In this document: positions 38,696 through 47,726 of the stretch, in pieces
Numbering within the stretch: position 1 is the stretch's first letter
How the letters are laid out: every line of letters starts with the position of its first letter
NCBI GenBank assembly: GCA_944380305.1
Contig: CALWHF010000001.1
Location: 75,600-139,599, forward strand
Direction: 5' to 3'
DNA from: an uncultured Christensenellaceae bacterium
GTDB lineage: Bacteria; Bacillota; Clostridia; Christensenellales; UBA3700
Length of the DNA: 64,000 nt
Notes under the pieces: generated by a model
What the model saw: the letters and a program-made list of their open reading frames with translations, nothing else
What the model was told of the DNA's origin: nothing
Databases searched by the model: none
Program-made: the position numbers and the translations under genes

Positions 38696-41155
38696 TCACA
38701 CCTGCGCTTTTTCTTTTTTCTTTCTCGCCCTCAATATCGCCACGGTAACGACGGCTATTATCAGCACTATCGCCGCGGTCACGCACCCGACGATGAGTTT
38801 GACTATGCCGCTGTTGTCGGGTATGGGATTTTCGGGATATTCGACGTACGGGATATTGCCGTCCTTGATAGGTGCGGCGATGACCGCGCTGTTCGTATCG
38901 TAAACGCACGCGAGAGTCCCCGCCTTCAGCTCTGCGACGAGCGCGTCGGCAAGGTCGGCGACGGTACGCGACGAGCCGATAAACTGCGTATCCGCAGCAT
39001 ACGACAGCACGAGAACTCCGTCCCTGTAAAAGTCTATCGATTTGTCGTCGTTTACCGAGATCGTCGCTTTAGCATTGCCGTTGGTATAAAACGCTTTGTA
39101 GGGAGCGTCGGCAAATTCCGCCCAATCCCCTGACGAAGCCATATTTTCGAATATACTGACAGCCGCATTCGAGGTATCGTACTGGAGCACGGCGAGATAG
39201 AGTCTGACGTTGTCGCCCTCGAATACGGGCACCCAGTCGTCGTTGTAGTCGCCGTAATCGAACGTAATGCTGAAACCTCCTTCGAGCGCGGGCATGGCGA
39301 CAAAGCTCTGCCCGTATCTCAGACTGAAATATTCGGCATAATAGTCGCTTGCGAGCACCGTGTTACCGCTGCCGTCGGCACCGACGTATCCGTCCTCGCT
39401 CTTTTCGAGCGTGATCGTATTGCCGTACCAGACGTCGTCGGTAAACGTCAGTTTATTCTTCAGCATGTCGATATTCGCCGCATGCGGGATAGCCGTACCG
39501 CTTTGCGCGAAAGAAATCGCGAGTCCCTCAGACGGATATTTGTATGCCCAGAGCGTCTCTCCGTCCTTTGCGGACAGCGCGGCGACCGAAAGAGTTTTTA
39601 TCGACGTTCCTTCCAACGTCTGTTCGAGGACGAATCCCTTGTACGTCTTTTCTCCGACCGTGACCGTCATCGATCCCGTTGCAGCATCGTAAGTCCAGTT
39701 TCCGTTTGCCGCACCGCTTACCGTGCCGTCGGCTTTGAAGACGGTTTTTTCTTCTTCGCAAGGCTTTTTATACGTTCCGTTATCACAGGTCATCACGAAC
39801 GCGCCGTAGTCTCCCGCTATTTCGGAAAGAGACAGCCCCGTCGCGATCTTATCGCTTTCTTTTATCGCCTCGAAAGGCGCTGCTACCAGCCACCCGTCCA
39901 CTGTCAGCAGCTCGTGCGCTTTCATGACGTGGAATATCGTACCGTCGGTGAATTTGTTGTGATAAACGACGTACGCTTTGCCGTCGTCGTCGACGAACAC
40001 GCTGTTATGACCTTGCGCAACGTAATCGAAATCCCACCACGCCCATGTGTAACCGCTCATAACGCGGATGCCGTTTTTGTCATAGCTGCCGAATGTGCGG
40101 TCCTCGGTATGTATATAGAGCGCGGTATCGCCGTTTGCGTCGACGTAATCGCCGTCGGGGGTCTCGCTGCGGAAATATCTCATATTGTAACCGTCCTGCG
40201 GACCGTAACCGCCGTAGGATATAAACAGATAGTAGTATCCGTCGATGTATTCTATATACGATCCCTCGCCCGAGCATCCCGCGCCGCCCGCTATATGCTT
40301 GCCGAAGTACTCGTCCGAATATACGGTAAACGCGTTGCTCTCGCTCTCGACGACGCCGTCGACTTTAGTCTCGTACTTCACGTCGTAATCGCGAAGTCCA
40401 GTCTCTTTGTCGAGCTTCAGCATATACACGCCGCCGAACCACGAACCGTAGGTCATCCACAGCCCGCCGTCTTCGTCGAAGAATACGCACGGGTCGATCG
40501 CGTTTATCATATAAGTCGCGCTGCCGTCGTAGACTTTGTATCTGTAATCCACTGTCGAAGTGCCCGTCACCTTTTCGAAATCGGTGTATTGCACCTTGCC
40601 TCCCACGTTAAAACCCGACCACACCACGGTGTCGACGTACGTCCAGTCGCCGTCGAGCGAATCCGCAGTCAGCAACGCCACCGACGAATTGTAGTTGTTG
40701 CCGTTGACCGAGAGATACATACACCATTTACCAAGCTCGGGATTGTATATGACGTCGGGTGCCCAGCAGTTGCCTATCACCGTATCGACAGTCAGATCGG
40801 CATATTGCGCGGGCTCTTTTATCAGCTCGTACAGAGTCGCCGCATCGTTCATGTTGTTTGAAAAATTCTTCCAGTTGACCAGATCGTACGACTTCGCGTT
40901 GGCTATCTGCGTACCGAACACATAATACACCTTGGTCAGACTTTCGTCCTCATTCTGTTCGGGATAAGTTTTGCCGTCCCCGTCTTCGTAAGCGAGCACT
41001 ATCGACGGATCGTGTACCGCGACGGTATTATATCTTATTTCGCTAGCGTATTCCGAAACAGCGACGCCGCCTTTGACGCACGCGGTAAAAACGACCGCGA
41101 CCAGACATATCAGCGCGATTATAAGCGCGTAAAGCGCAAAACTCCTTCTTTTCAC
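38696..41155 (-). CDS. Glycoside hydrolase family 43-like enzyme, multi-domain, with N-terminal signal/TM and C-terminal TM anchor
   Basis: GH43-type motifs VHDPSIV, CWAPDVIYNPELGKWCMYLS and GSYIEY. The C-terminus has a TM helix plus basic tail (LIVGCVTAAIVLIIAVVTVAILRARKKKEK). The start is chosen at GTG 41155, 5 nt after AAGGAG. The track ORF extends to 41215. Confidence 0.7.
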   Translation of the reverse strand: MKRRSFALYALIIALICLVAVVFTACVKGGVAVSEYASEIRYNTVAVHDPSIVLAYEDGDGKTYPEQNEDESLTKVYYVFGTQIANAKSYDLVNWKNFSNNMNDAATLYELIKEPAQYADLTVDTVIGNCWAPDVIYNPELGKWCMYLSVNGNNYNSSVALLTADSLDGDWTYVDTVVWSGFNVGGKVQYTDFEKVTGTSTVDYRYKVYDGSATYMINAIDPCVFFDEDGGLWMTYGSWFGGVYMLKLDKETGLRDYDVKYETKVDGVVESESNAFTVYSDEYFGKHIAGGAGCSGEGSYIEYIDGYYYLFISYGGYGPQDGYNMRYFRSETPDGDYVDANGDTALYIHTEDRTFGSYDKNGIRVMSGYTWAWWDFDYVAQGHNSVFVDDDGKAYVVYHNKFTDGTIFHVMKAHELLTVDGWLVAAPFEAIKESDKIATGLSLSEIAGDYGAFVMTCDNGTYKKPCEEEKTVFKADGTVSGAANGNWTYDAATGSMTVTVGEKTYKGFVLEQTLEGTSIKTLSVAALSAKDGETLWAYKYPSEGLAISFAQSGTAIPHAANIDMLKNKLTFTDDVWYGNTITLEKSEDGYVGADGSGNTVLASDYYAEYFSLRYGQSFVAMPALEGGFSITFDYGDYNDDWVPVFEGDNVRLYLAVLQYDTSNAAVSIFENMASSGDWAEFADAPYKAFYTNGNAKATISVNDDKSIDFYRDGVLVLSYAADTQFIGSSRTVADLADALVAELKAGTLACVYDTNSAVIAAPIKDGNIPYVEYPENPIPDNSGIVKLIVGCVTAAIVLIIAVVTVAILRARKKKEKAQV

Positions 41156-41484
41156 GACATCTCCTTTCCGCCACTTGCGGACGCGTGTAATACTAAAGAT
41201 ATTTCGGGTGCGCAAACAAAAGCCGCACCGTATTCTTCACCGCTTATTTTAACAAAAACGTCGCGCGCATGTCAACGCAGGCGGCAAAGCAGATAAAAAA
41301 CGGGATAGCCTTTGCAGCACGATCGCTTTCCTTGCCTGAGTAAAAACTTTTACAAAACCTCTCTTCACGTCGCGCCCACTCAGCAAAAGCACCTGCGCCA
41401 GACTTTCCCGAAACCTCTTTCCCCCGTTGACGATTAAAACACCTTTTGGTATTATATAGTTATCAAATATTAAGAGGATTTTTC

Positions 41485-43935
41485 ATGAATATCAAAAAAA
41501 GCATAGAAAAACTCATCAAAAAAATCAGCGACAGATTTACGGGCAACGGTCTGATGCAGGAAGAAAACACCGCGGTCGGCGAAAGATACGTCACCCCGGG
41601 TATCGGCGAGCTGATACGCAAAGCAGGTGCCGACGGCATAGTTCTGCTCAAAAACGACGGCGTTCTCCCTCTCGAAAACGCTGCGAAGACAGCCGTTTTC
41701 GGCAGATGTCAGCTCGACTGGTTTTACGTCGGTTACGGTAGCGGCGGCAACGTCAACGCCCCGTATAAAGTCAATTTCGACGACGCCTTGATGCAGGCGC
41801 AAAGCGACGGCTACGTCTCCGTCAACGCCGAAGTGCGCGATTTTTACCTCAAATGGCGTTCCGACCCGGATAACGAACCCAACGACGGCTGGTGGGGACA
41901 CTGGCCTATGTATTATCCCGAAGCCGATCTCCCCGACGGACTGATAAAAAAAGCATCGGCAGAAAGCGACGTAGCGATAGTGATCATAGGTCGCGCCGCG
42001 GGCGAGGACAGAGAAAACACGCTGACTAAAGGCAGCTATTATCTGACTGACAAAGAGACCGCAATCCTCGACGAGGTGACGGAATGTTTCAAAAAGACGG
42101 TCGTCGTCGTAGATGCGGGCAACGTAATAGACATGTCGTGGACGAAAAAATACGGCGACAGGCTCTCTGCTCTCGTATACGCATGGCAGGGCGGCATGGA
42201 GAGCGGCAATGCGGTCGCCGACGTGCTGACAGGCAGAATCAACCCCTCGGGCAAACTTACCGACACGATCGCCGCAAGTTACGGCGACTACCCGTCGTCG
42301 GAGAATTTCGGCGGGCTCGACTTCAACGAATACAGAGAAGATATTTTCGTGGGATACCGCTATTTCGAGACTTTCGCAAAAGACAAAGTGCTGTATCCTT
42401 TCGGTTTCGGACTTTCTTATACCGATTTTTCGATACGGGTCGACAATTTTACCAAAACGGAAACGGGAATAAAACTCGAAGTCACCGTTACCAATACGGG
42501 AAAACGAGCGGGAAGCGATGTCGTACAGCTGTACGCGAGCGCGCCTCAGGGAAAACTCGGCAAAGCGGCGCGCGTTCTCGTCGCTTTTGCAAAAACAAAA
42601 CAGCTTGAAACGGGGAAAAGCGAACAGATTACTCTCTGCGCCGACGACTACTCGTACTCTTCTTTCGACGACGGCGGAGCGAGCGGGCACAGATATTCTT
42701 ATGTCCTCGAAAAAGGCGAATACGTCTTTTACGTCGGAGAAAGCGTCAGTGCTACTGCCGTTGCGGGAAAATACACTCTCGGCGAAGACGTCGTGCTGTG
42801 CACGCTTTCCCCGATATGCAAAGTGCAAAACCCTTTCGGAAGACTCAGGGCGAGCGAGAAAAACGGCGCGGTCACAAAGGAATACGAACAGGTACCCGTA
42901 TCCGATTACAGTCTGAAAAAGAGGATAGAAGACGCGCTCCCCGCACCGATAAAGCGCAGACCTTACAACGGCGAAAACTTCAAAGACGTTCTGGCAGGCA
43001 AGCTTTCCGTCGACGATTTCGTAGCCGTACTCAACGACGAAGAATTGCAGGCTCTGACCCGAGGCTACGGCTGCATGAACGCTCCGCAGGGCGTCGCGGG
43101 CAATGCGGGTGCGTACGGCGGAATAATAAAATCTCTCGCACAGAAAGGCGTCAGAGCCGTCGTGACCACTGACGGTCCCGCAGGCATCCGCATAGGTCAT
43201 TACAACGCGTTGCTGCCTTGCGGTACCGCACTCGCCTGCACCTGGGATCCTCTGCTCGTCGAAAAACTTTACGAAAAAGCCGGCGAAGAAATGATACATT
43301 ACGGCACCGACGTGCTGCTGGGCGCGGGAATGAATATCCACCGCAACCCGCTTTGCGGCAGAAACTTCGAGTATTTTTCTGAAGATCCGCTTGTCAGCGG
43401 CAAATTCGCGGCGGCATTCACGAACGGCATCCAGAGCAAAGGCAAGGCTGCTTGCCCCAAACACTTCGCGTGCAACAACCAGGAAGTCAAACGCAACCTG
43501 AACGACAGCCGCGTATCCGAACGCGCTCTCAGGGAAATATATCTAAAAGGTTTCGAGATATGCGTCAAGGAGAGCAATCCTATAAACATAATGACATCTT
43601 ACAACAAGATAAACGGCGTGTGGTGTCACTACAACTTCGACACGGTATCAGTAGTCCTTCGCGGCGAATGGGGATTCGACGGCACGGTCATAACCGACTG
43701 GTGGATGAGAAAGAGTGTCAGCCCCGAGTTCGAAAAGATAAAAGACAACGCCTACCGCATACGCTCGCGCGTAGACGTATTGATGCCCGGCACCATCACC
43801 TACTCGACCAAGGGTTACAAAAAATACAATGACCTTATAAAATCGATAGACAAAGAAGGTTGCATAACCCTCGGCGAAATGCAGGAGGCAGCGAAAAACA
43901 CTCTTCGCACTTTGATCAGACTGAATAAAGCATAA
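41485..43935 (+). CDS. Glycoside hydrolase family 3 enzyme with permuted domain order
   Basis: ATG 41485 follows AAGAGGA. The first half resembles the GH3 C-terminal sandwich and Fn3-like region (YPFGFGLSYTDF, VQLYASAP). The second half carries the GH3 catalytic barrel (NIHRNPLCGRNFEYFSEDP, KHFACNNQE, and the nucleophile region GFDGTVITDWW). Confidence 0.8.
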   Translation: MNIKKSIEKLIKKISDRFTGNGLMQEENTAVGERYVTPGIGELIRKAGADGIVLLKNDGVLPLENAAKTAVFGRCQLDWFYVGYGSGGNVNAPYKVNFDDALMQAQSDGYVSVNAEVRDFYLKWRSDPDNEPNDGWWGHWPMYYPEADLPDGLIKKASAESDVAIVIIGRAAGEDRENTLTKGSYYLTDKETAILDEVTECFKKTVVVVDAGNVIDMSWTKKYGDRLSALVYAWQGGMESGNAVADVLTGRINPSGKLTDTIAASYGDYPSSENFGGLDFNEYREDIFVGYRYFETFAKDKVLYPFGFGLSYTDFSIRVDNFTKTETGIKLEVTVTNTGKRAGSDVVQLYASAPQGKLGKAARVLVAFAKTKQLETGKSEQITLCADDYSYSSFDDGGASGHRYSYVLEKGEYVFYVGESVSATAVAGKYTLGEDVVLCTLSPICKVQNPFGRLRASEKNGAVTKEYEQVPVSDYSLKKRIEDALPAPIKRRPYNGENFKDVLAGKLSVDDFVAVLNDEELQALTRGYGCMNAPQGVAGNAGAYGGIIKSLAQKGVRAVVTTDGPAGIRIGHYNALLPCGTALACTWDPLLVEKLYEKAGEEMIHYGTDVLLGAGMNIHRNPLCGRNFEYFSEDPLVSGKFAAAFTNGIQSKGKAACPKHFACNNQEVKRNLNDSRVSERALREIYLKGFEICVKESNPINIMTSYNKINGVWCHYNFDTVSVVLRGEWGFDGTVITDWWMRKSVSPEFEKIKDNAYRIRSRVDVLMPGTITYSTKGYKKYNDLIKSIDKEGCITLGEMQEAAKNTLRTLIRLNKA

Positions 43936-44029
43936 AGCAATCCGTTTTCGCGATCCCGAAATTTGCACCCGAGTCGAAAAATCCTGTCCTTTCTCTAGTA
44001 TACTTATCGAACATGAGGAGGTCAACGAC

Positions 44030-45316
44030 ATGAAAAAAACGAAGATTGCGGCATTCATTGCCTGCTTTTGCATCATTCCCATATTGCTCGCGTCGTGCTC
44101 TGCCAGAAGCACTCTTCTCGGCGAGGCTGCCGTTCCAGCAAAGCTGTCTTACGACGAGACGCAAAGCGAAAACTTTATCAATATCAACACGGACGCGAAA
44201 AATTTTGCATCACAGTTCACCGAGAGGGCATATCTCGATTATGGTGGCAAGGACAATTTCGCCGTTTCCCCGATAGCCGTATACTCTGCTCTCGCGCTGG
44301 CGTCACGCTGCGCGGAAGGCGACACGAAAACGCAGATCCTTTCCTTGATAGGAGAAAACGCTCAAAACGATTTTTCTCTGCTTTACCGCTCTTTGAACAG
44401 AGAGACCAAGACAGGTATGCTGCAGCTCGCCAACAGTATCTGGTTGCAGGAAAACGTGCCGTTCGACAAAAGTTGCATAGATTCTTTGGCAAACGATTAT
44501 TTCTGTTATTCCTATGCCGCCGATTTCGCAAACGACAACGCAAGCGCGAACAGAGCCGTGCGCAAATTCGTAAAAGAACATACCCGCGGGCTTATCGATC
44601 AGGATTACGACATTTCACCCGAAACCATCTTCACGGTCGTGACCGCCATGTATCTGAAAGATACCTGGTTCGACGACGGCGATTCTCTCAGTTTCACAAA
44701 AGAAAAATACACTTTCGACGGAGCGGACGGAACAAAACTCGTCAGTCTTCTCGAAGGGATGTACAATTACGGCAGAGCTTACGTCGGCGACGGATTTACC
44801 AGTTTCTTTACCGTAACGCACAACGGATATAAAATCAAATTCATCCTTCCCGACGACGGGAAGTCGATAGACGACGTATTCAACGCAAAGACTATTGCCG
44901 AGATAAACGCCGTGACCGACTACGGCGCGACCGACGACTCTATCCGCACGCATTACCACACGAGATGTCTGTTCCCCGAGTTCGATGCTGGTTACGATGC
45001 GGATATTAAAGACGTACTCAGAGCTCTCGGCGTCACTTCGCTTTTCGGGAGCGAATGCGACCTGTCCGCTCTGCTGAGCGGCACGGACTTCGAAAACGAT
45101 GCTTACTGCTCAGAGGTCAGGCATACCGTAAAACTCTCTGTCGACAAGAGAGGCATCGAAGGCGCGGCGGTCATCGTGATGCCGACGGCGGGTGCCGCAG
45201 GTCCCGACGGGTACGAAAACGTATATTACGACTTCGTGCTTGACAAATCGTTCGGTTTTGTTGTCACAGACAGTCGTGACCTCCCGCTTTTTACTGGCGT
45301 AGTTAAAAAAGTATAG
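44030..45316 (+). CDS. Serpin-family protease inhibitor, lipoprotein
   Basis: Signal plus lipobox MKKTKIAAFIACFCIIPILLASC. Serpin core motifs include FAVSPIAVYSALALA. A hinge/reactive-centre-loop-like segment is present (GIEGAAVIVMPTAGAAG), as is the C-terminal FGFVVTD...PLFTGVV. Confidence 0.75.
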   Translation: MKKTKIAAFIACFCIIPILLASCSARSTLLGEAAVPAKLSYDETQSENFININTDAKNFASQFTERAYLDYGGKDNFAVSPIAVYSALALASRCAEGDTKTQILSLIGENAQNDFSLLYRSLNRETKTGMLQLANSIWLQENVPFDKSCIDSLANDYFCYSYAADFANDNASANRAVRKFVKEHTRGLIDQDYDISPETIFTVVTAMYLKDTWFDDGDSLSFTKEKYTFDGADGTKLVSLLEGMYNYGRAYVGDGFTSFFTVTHNGYKIKFILPDDGKSIDDVFNAKTIAEINAVTDYGATDDSIRTHYHTRCLFPEFDAGYDADIKDVLRALGVTSLFGSECDLSALLSGTDFENDAYCSEVRHTVKLSVDKRGIEGAAVIVMPTAGAAGPDGYENVYYDFVLDKSFGFVVTDSRDLPLFTGVVKKV

Positions 45317-45350
45317 TCCGTTCAAAAACTTATAAATTTCCGTATTTTAC

Positions 45351-45382
45351 AAAAAATTGCGGCAATCATGCCGCAATTTTTT
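45351..45382. terminator. Bidirectional hairpin terminator after the serpin gene
   Basis: ATTGCGGCA / TGCCGCAAT stem flanked by A6 and T6. Confidence 0.7.
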
Positions 45383-45677
45383 CAAAACACCGTCGGTCGG
45401 AAAGTTCACCTCCCCCGAGACCGCGTCGAACGCATCGGCGCGTGTATTCACCCTCAGACCGACGGCGCATCATTGCGACGGATTATAACCGTACTTCCAC
45501 CGCCGCATAAAGTTTTCGAAAAAGCGTGTAGAAAATGTATAGCCTTATAGATTCCGTATCCGTAAACTACTGCGTATAATGCATATTATCGGAATAGCAT
45601 TAACCGAAACAGTAAACCGACTCAGTAACTTCAGTACGAATTCTCTCGTAGTGCCAAAAGCTTTTCCCGGGATTTTT

Positions 45678-46439
45678 TCAGACCGTTATGTAATTGGTCA
45701 GATTGGCTCTGTCGATCGCCATCTGCAACGCGGATATTTCGCCACGAAGCATCTTCAGATCGTCCTTGACGCGCTTGACGTCGTAGACGCATTCGGTATA
45801 CTCGACCACGCCGTTATAAGTCACGTTACGCGAAAGCTGTTTGTTTTCGGTCAGCGATTCGAGCTGGGCTTTCTTGTTCTGTTTCTGCGCGAGCATGACA
45901 AGAGCCTCCCCTATAGTTACGCCGAAACCGTCCACCTTTACGGTGCAGTTCGCCTTGGAAAGCGCGCAACGTATCGCTCGCATTTCGTCGTCGAGAGCGT
46001 CGATCTTCTTGCGGGTATCGTCGTAGTCGTAGTCGCCCGCGATCTTATTCTCTCCTTCCTTATAAGATACCTGACAGTATCTGTCCTCGTTGTCAACGAG
46101 CATTTCCTTCTGAGCTTCGAGCTCTTTTATCCTCTTCATTGCCTCGGTATTACATATCTTCATTTTATTATCCTCCTTTATTTCGTTTACATCTTCGTAT
46201 CCGAAGTCGACCTCGTCGTCGAAAAGAAAGTCGTCAAGGCCGAAATCGTCTGTGCCGTCGTCGAGTTCTTTTATTGCTTCGAAATCACCTGCGGTAAAAC
46301 GCGTAATGTGTTTAGACACTTCTTCGGGCATTGCCGCATAAGCCTCGAAAGACAAATGCTTTTTTACCTCGTCCGGCAACGACTCGTATCTTTGTCTGAG
46401 CTGTTCTTTTTCCATTGTTCTCTCCTTTTCTTTCGTCAT
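45678..46439 (-). CDS. Hypothetical acidic / coiled-coil protein
   Basis: 253-aa ORF. A second ATG at 46415 has the better RBS (AAGGAG, then 6 nt). The N-terminal third is extremely acidic (DDGTDDFGLDDFLFDDEVDFGYEDV). The C-terminal ~160 aa are helical with heptad-like periodicity (AMKRIKELEAQKEML...LRGEISALQMAIDRANLTN). Confidence 0.6.
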   Translation of the reverse strand: MTKEKERTMEKEQLRQRYESLPDEVKKHLSFEAYAAMPEEVSKHITRFTAGDFEAIKELDDGTDDFGLDDFLFDDEVDFGYEDVNEIKEDNKMKICNTEAMKRIKELEAQKEMLVDNEDRYCQVSYKEGENKIAGDYDYDDTRKKIDALDDEMRAIRCALSKANCTVKVDGFGVTIGEALVMLAQKQNKKAQLESLTENKQLSRNVTYNGVVEYTECVYDVKRVKDDLKMLRGEISALQMAIDRANLTNYITV

Positions 46440-46487
46440 ATCCAGTATCTCACAATTTATTCACACTGTAAATTGTCAATAGTTATA

Positions 46488-46505
46488 TTGTTTTTGACCA
46501 CTTTT
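46488..46505 (+). promoter_or_regulatory. Operator-like 18-nt box, copy 1
   Basis: TTGTTTTTGACCACTTTT. An identical copy lies 78 nt downstream in the same divergent intergenic region. An 8-bp palindrome ACAATTTA-n9-TAAATTGT lies at 46452-46476. Confidence 0.5.
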
Positions 46506-46565
46506 ATTTACTGAAATATGCTTTATACATGCATATTATTTATTGAATAAAATAGTTATAATAAT

Positions 46566-46583
46566 TTGTTTTTGACCACTTTT
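46566..46583 (+). promoter_or_regulatory. Operator-like 18-nt box, copy 2
   Basis: TTGTTTTTGACCACTTTT, an exact repeat of 46488-46505, about 30 nt upstream of the WYL gene start. Confidence 0.5.
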
Positions 46584-46614
46584 TATGGTACAATAATAAA
46601 AAGGAGACGAGTTT

Positions 46615-47640
46615 ATGACCGAAAAAATAAATATAAACGTGCCCAAAGCCACTTTCGACGTGCTCATGAAGGATGCCGAATCTTTCGAGTTATACAAGAC
46701 GGACGGCAGAACGCCTAACAAAAACGCGCTCTACACTCATATAATAGTCAATTACCACGAAACTTTCCGCGCAAAAGAGGCGGAACTGTTCAACTATTTG
46801 AAAAAGACGCTCTCCCGCTCTCTGCTCCCCGCGCGCGATCCCGACTCTCTTTGTCTGGAAATAGCGTCGCACGTCAACAAAACGAAGGCATCCGCGGGTC
46901 GCGACAAATTCGACTGTTCCCTTTCGGTCAAGCCCACCAGAGAATCCGAACCCGTGATCGCTTACGTCGAAGAATATCTGCTCGCGGGAGCGACTCTTTC
47001 GGAGTATTTCCGCAATCTTTTTTCTTCCTACGCCTCTCTTCCGCAGGACGAACGCGAAAAGATCGTTTTCAAACCGCAATACGACGCGATTGCGAAAGCG
47101 GTCTCCGAAAGAAAAAAAGCTTTCATCACCACGACGGGCGGCAACGTAAAGAAATTCGAGATCTCGCCCTTCGCGCTGTCGGATGCGAAAGAAGAACTGC
47201 ACGTCTACGTCCTCGCCGTAGCCAAAGGGGAATGTATGCCTCTCAGACTTTCGAGAATAACATCCGTAAACGTCCTTCGCGACGCGGCTGTCTTTACAGA
47301 CGAACAGAGGCGGATATTCGAAAAAATGCTGACATACGGACCACAATTCAAATACGGCAAACGCGAAACCGAGGTCAAAGTACGCCTGACACCCATAGGC
47401 GCGGATCTGTTCAAAAAACTCTATGTCCACCGCCCGGTGCCTACGAAGATCGAAGACGATTGCTACTATTTCGAGTGCTCGTACACGCAGATAATTCAAT
47501 ATTTCGTTCGTTTCGGCAAAGACGCATACGTCGAATATCCCGAAAAGGTACGCGACGCGATTTTCTATTTTCACAAACACGCCTGCAATAATTATTACGC
47601 GACAAAAAGACGGCAGAACAAGAAAACCGATGCGGTCTGA
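46615..47640 (+). CDS. WYL-domain-containing putative transcriptional regulator
   Basis: 341 aa with RBS AGGAG 8 nt upstream. The central segment YDAIAKAVSERKKAFITTTGGNVKKFEISPFALSDAKEELHVYVLAVAKGECMPLRLSRITSV matches the WYL-domain pattern as I know it. A WCX-like C-terminal domain follows (VRLTPIGADLFKKLYV...VEYPEKVRD). Confidence 0.6.
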   Translation: MTEKININVPKATFDVLMKDAESFELYKTDGRTPNKNALYTHIIVNYHETFRAKEAELFNYLKKTLSRSLLPARDPDSLCLEIASHVNKTKASAGRDKFDCSLSVKPTRESEPVIAYVEEYLLAGATLSEYFRNLFSSYASLPQDEREKIVFKPQYDAIAKAVSERKKAFITTTGGNVKKFEISPFALSDAKEELHVYVLAVAKGECMPLRLSRITSVNVLRDAAVFTDEQRRIFEKMLTYGPQFKYGKRETEVKVRLTPIGADLFKKLYVHRPVPTKIEDDCYYFECSYTQIIQYFVRFGKDAYVEYPEKVRDAIFYFHKHACNNYYATKRRQNKKTDAV

Positions 47641-47675
47641 TCGGACGAAAGCGATTGATGTCTTCTCTGAATATA

Positions 47676-47708
47676 AATAGAGACGCCGAAAGGCGTCTCA
47701 TTTCTATT
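47676..47708. terminator. Bidirectional terminator between the convergent WYL and TIR genes
   Basis: GAGACGCC-gaaa-GGCGTCTC 8-bp stem (47680-47699) with A/T-rich flanks on both sides. Confidence 0.6.
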
Positions 47709-47726
47709 TGCTTTTGTTTATGTATT

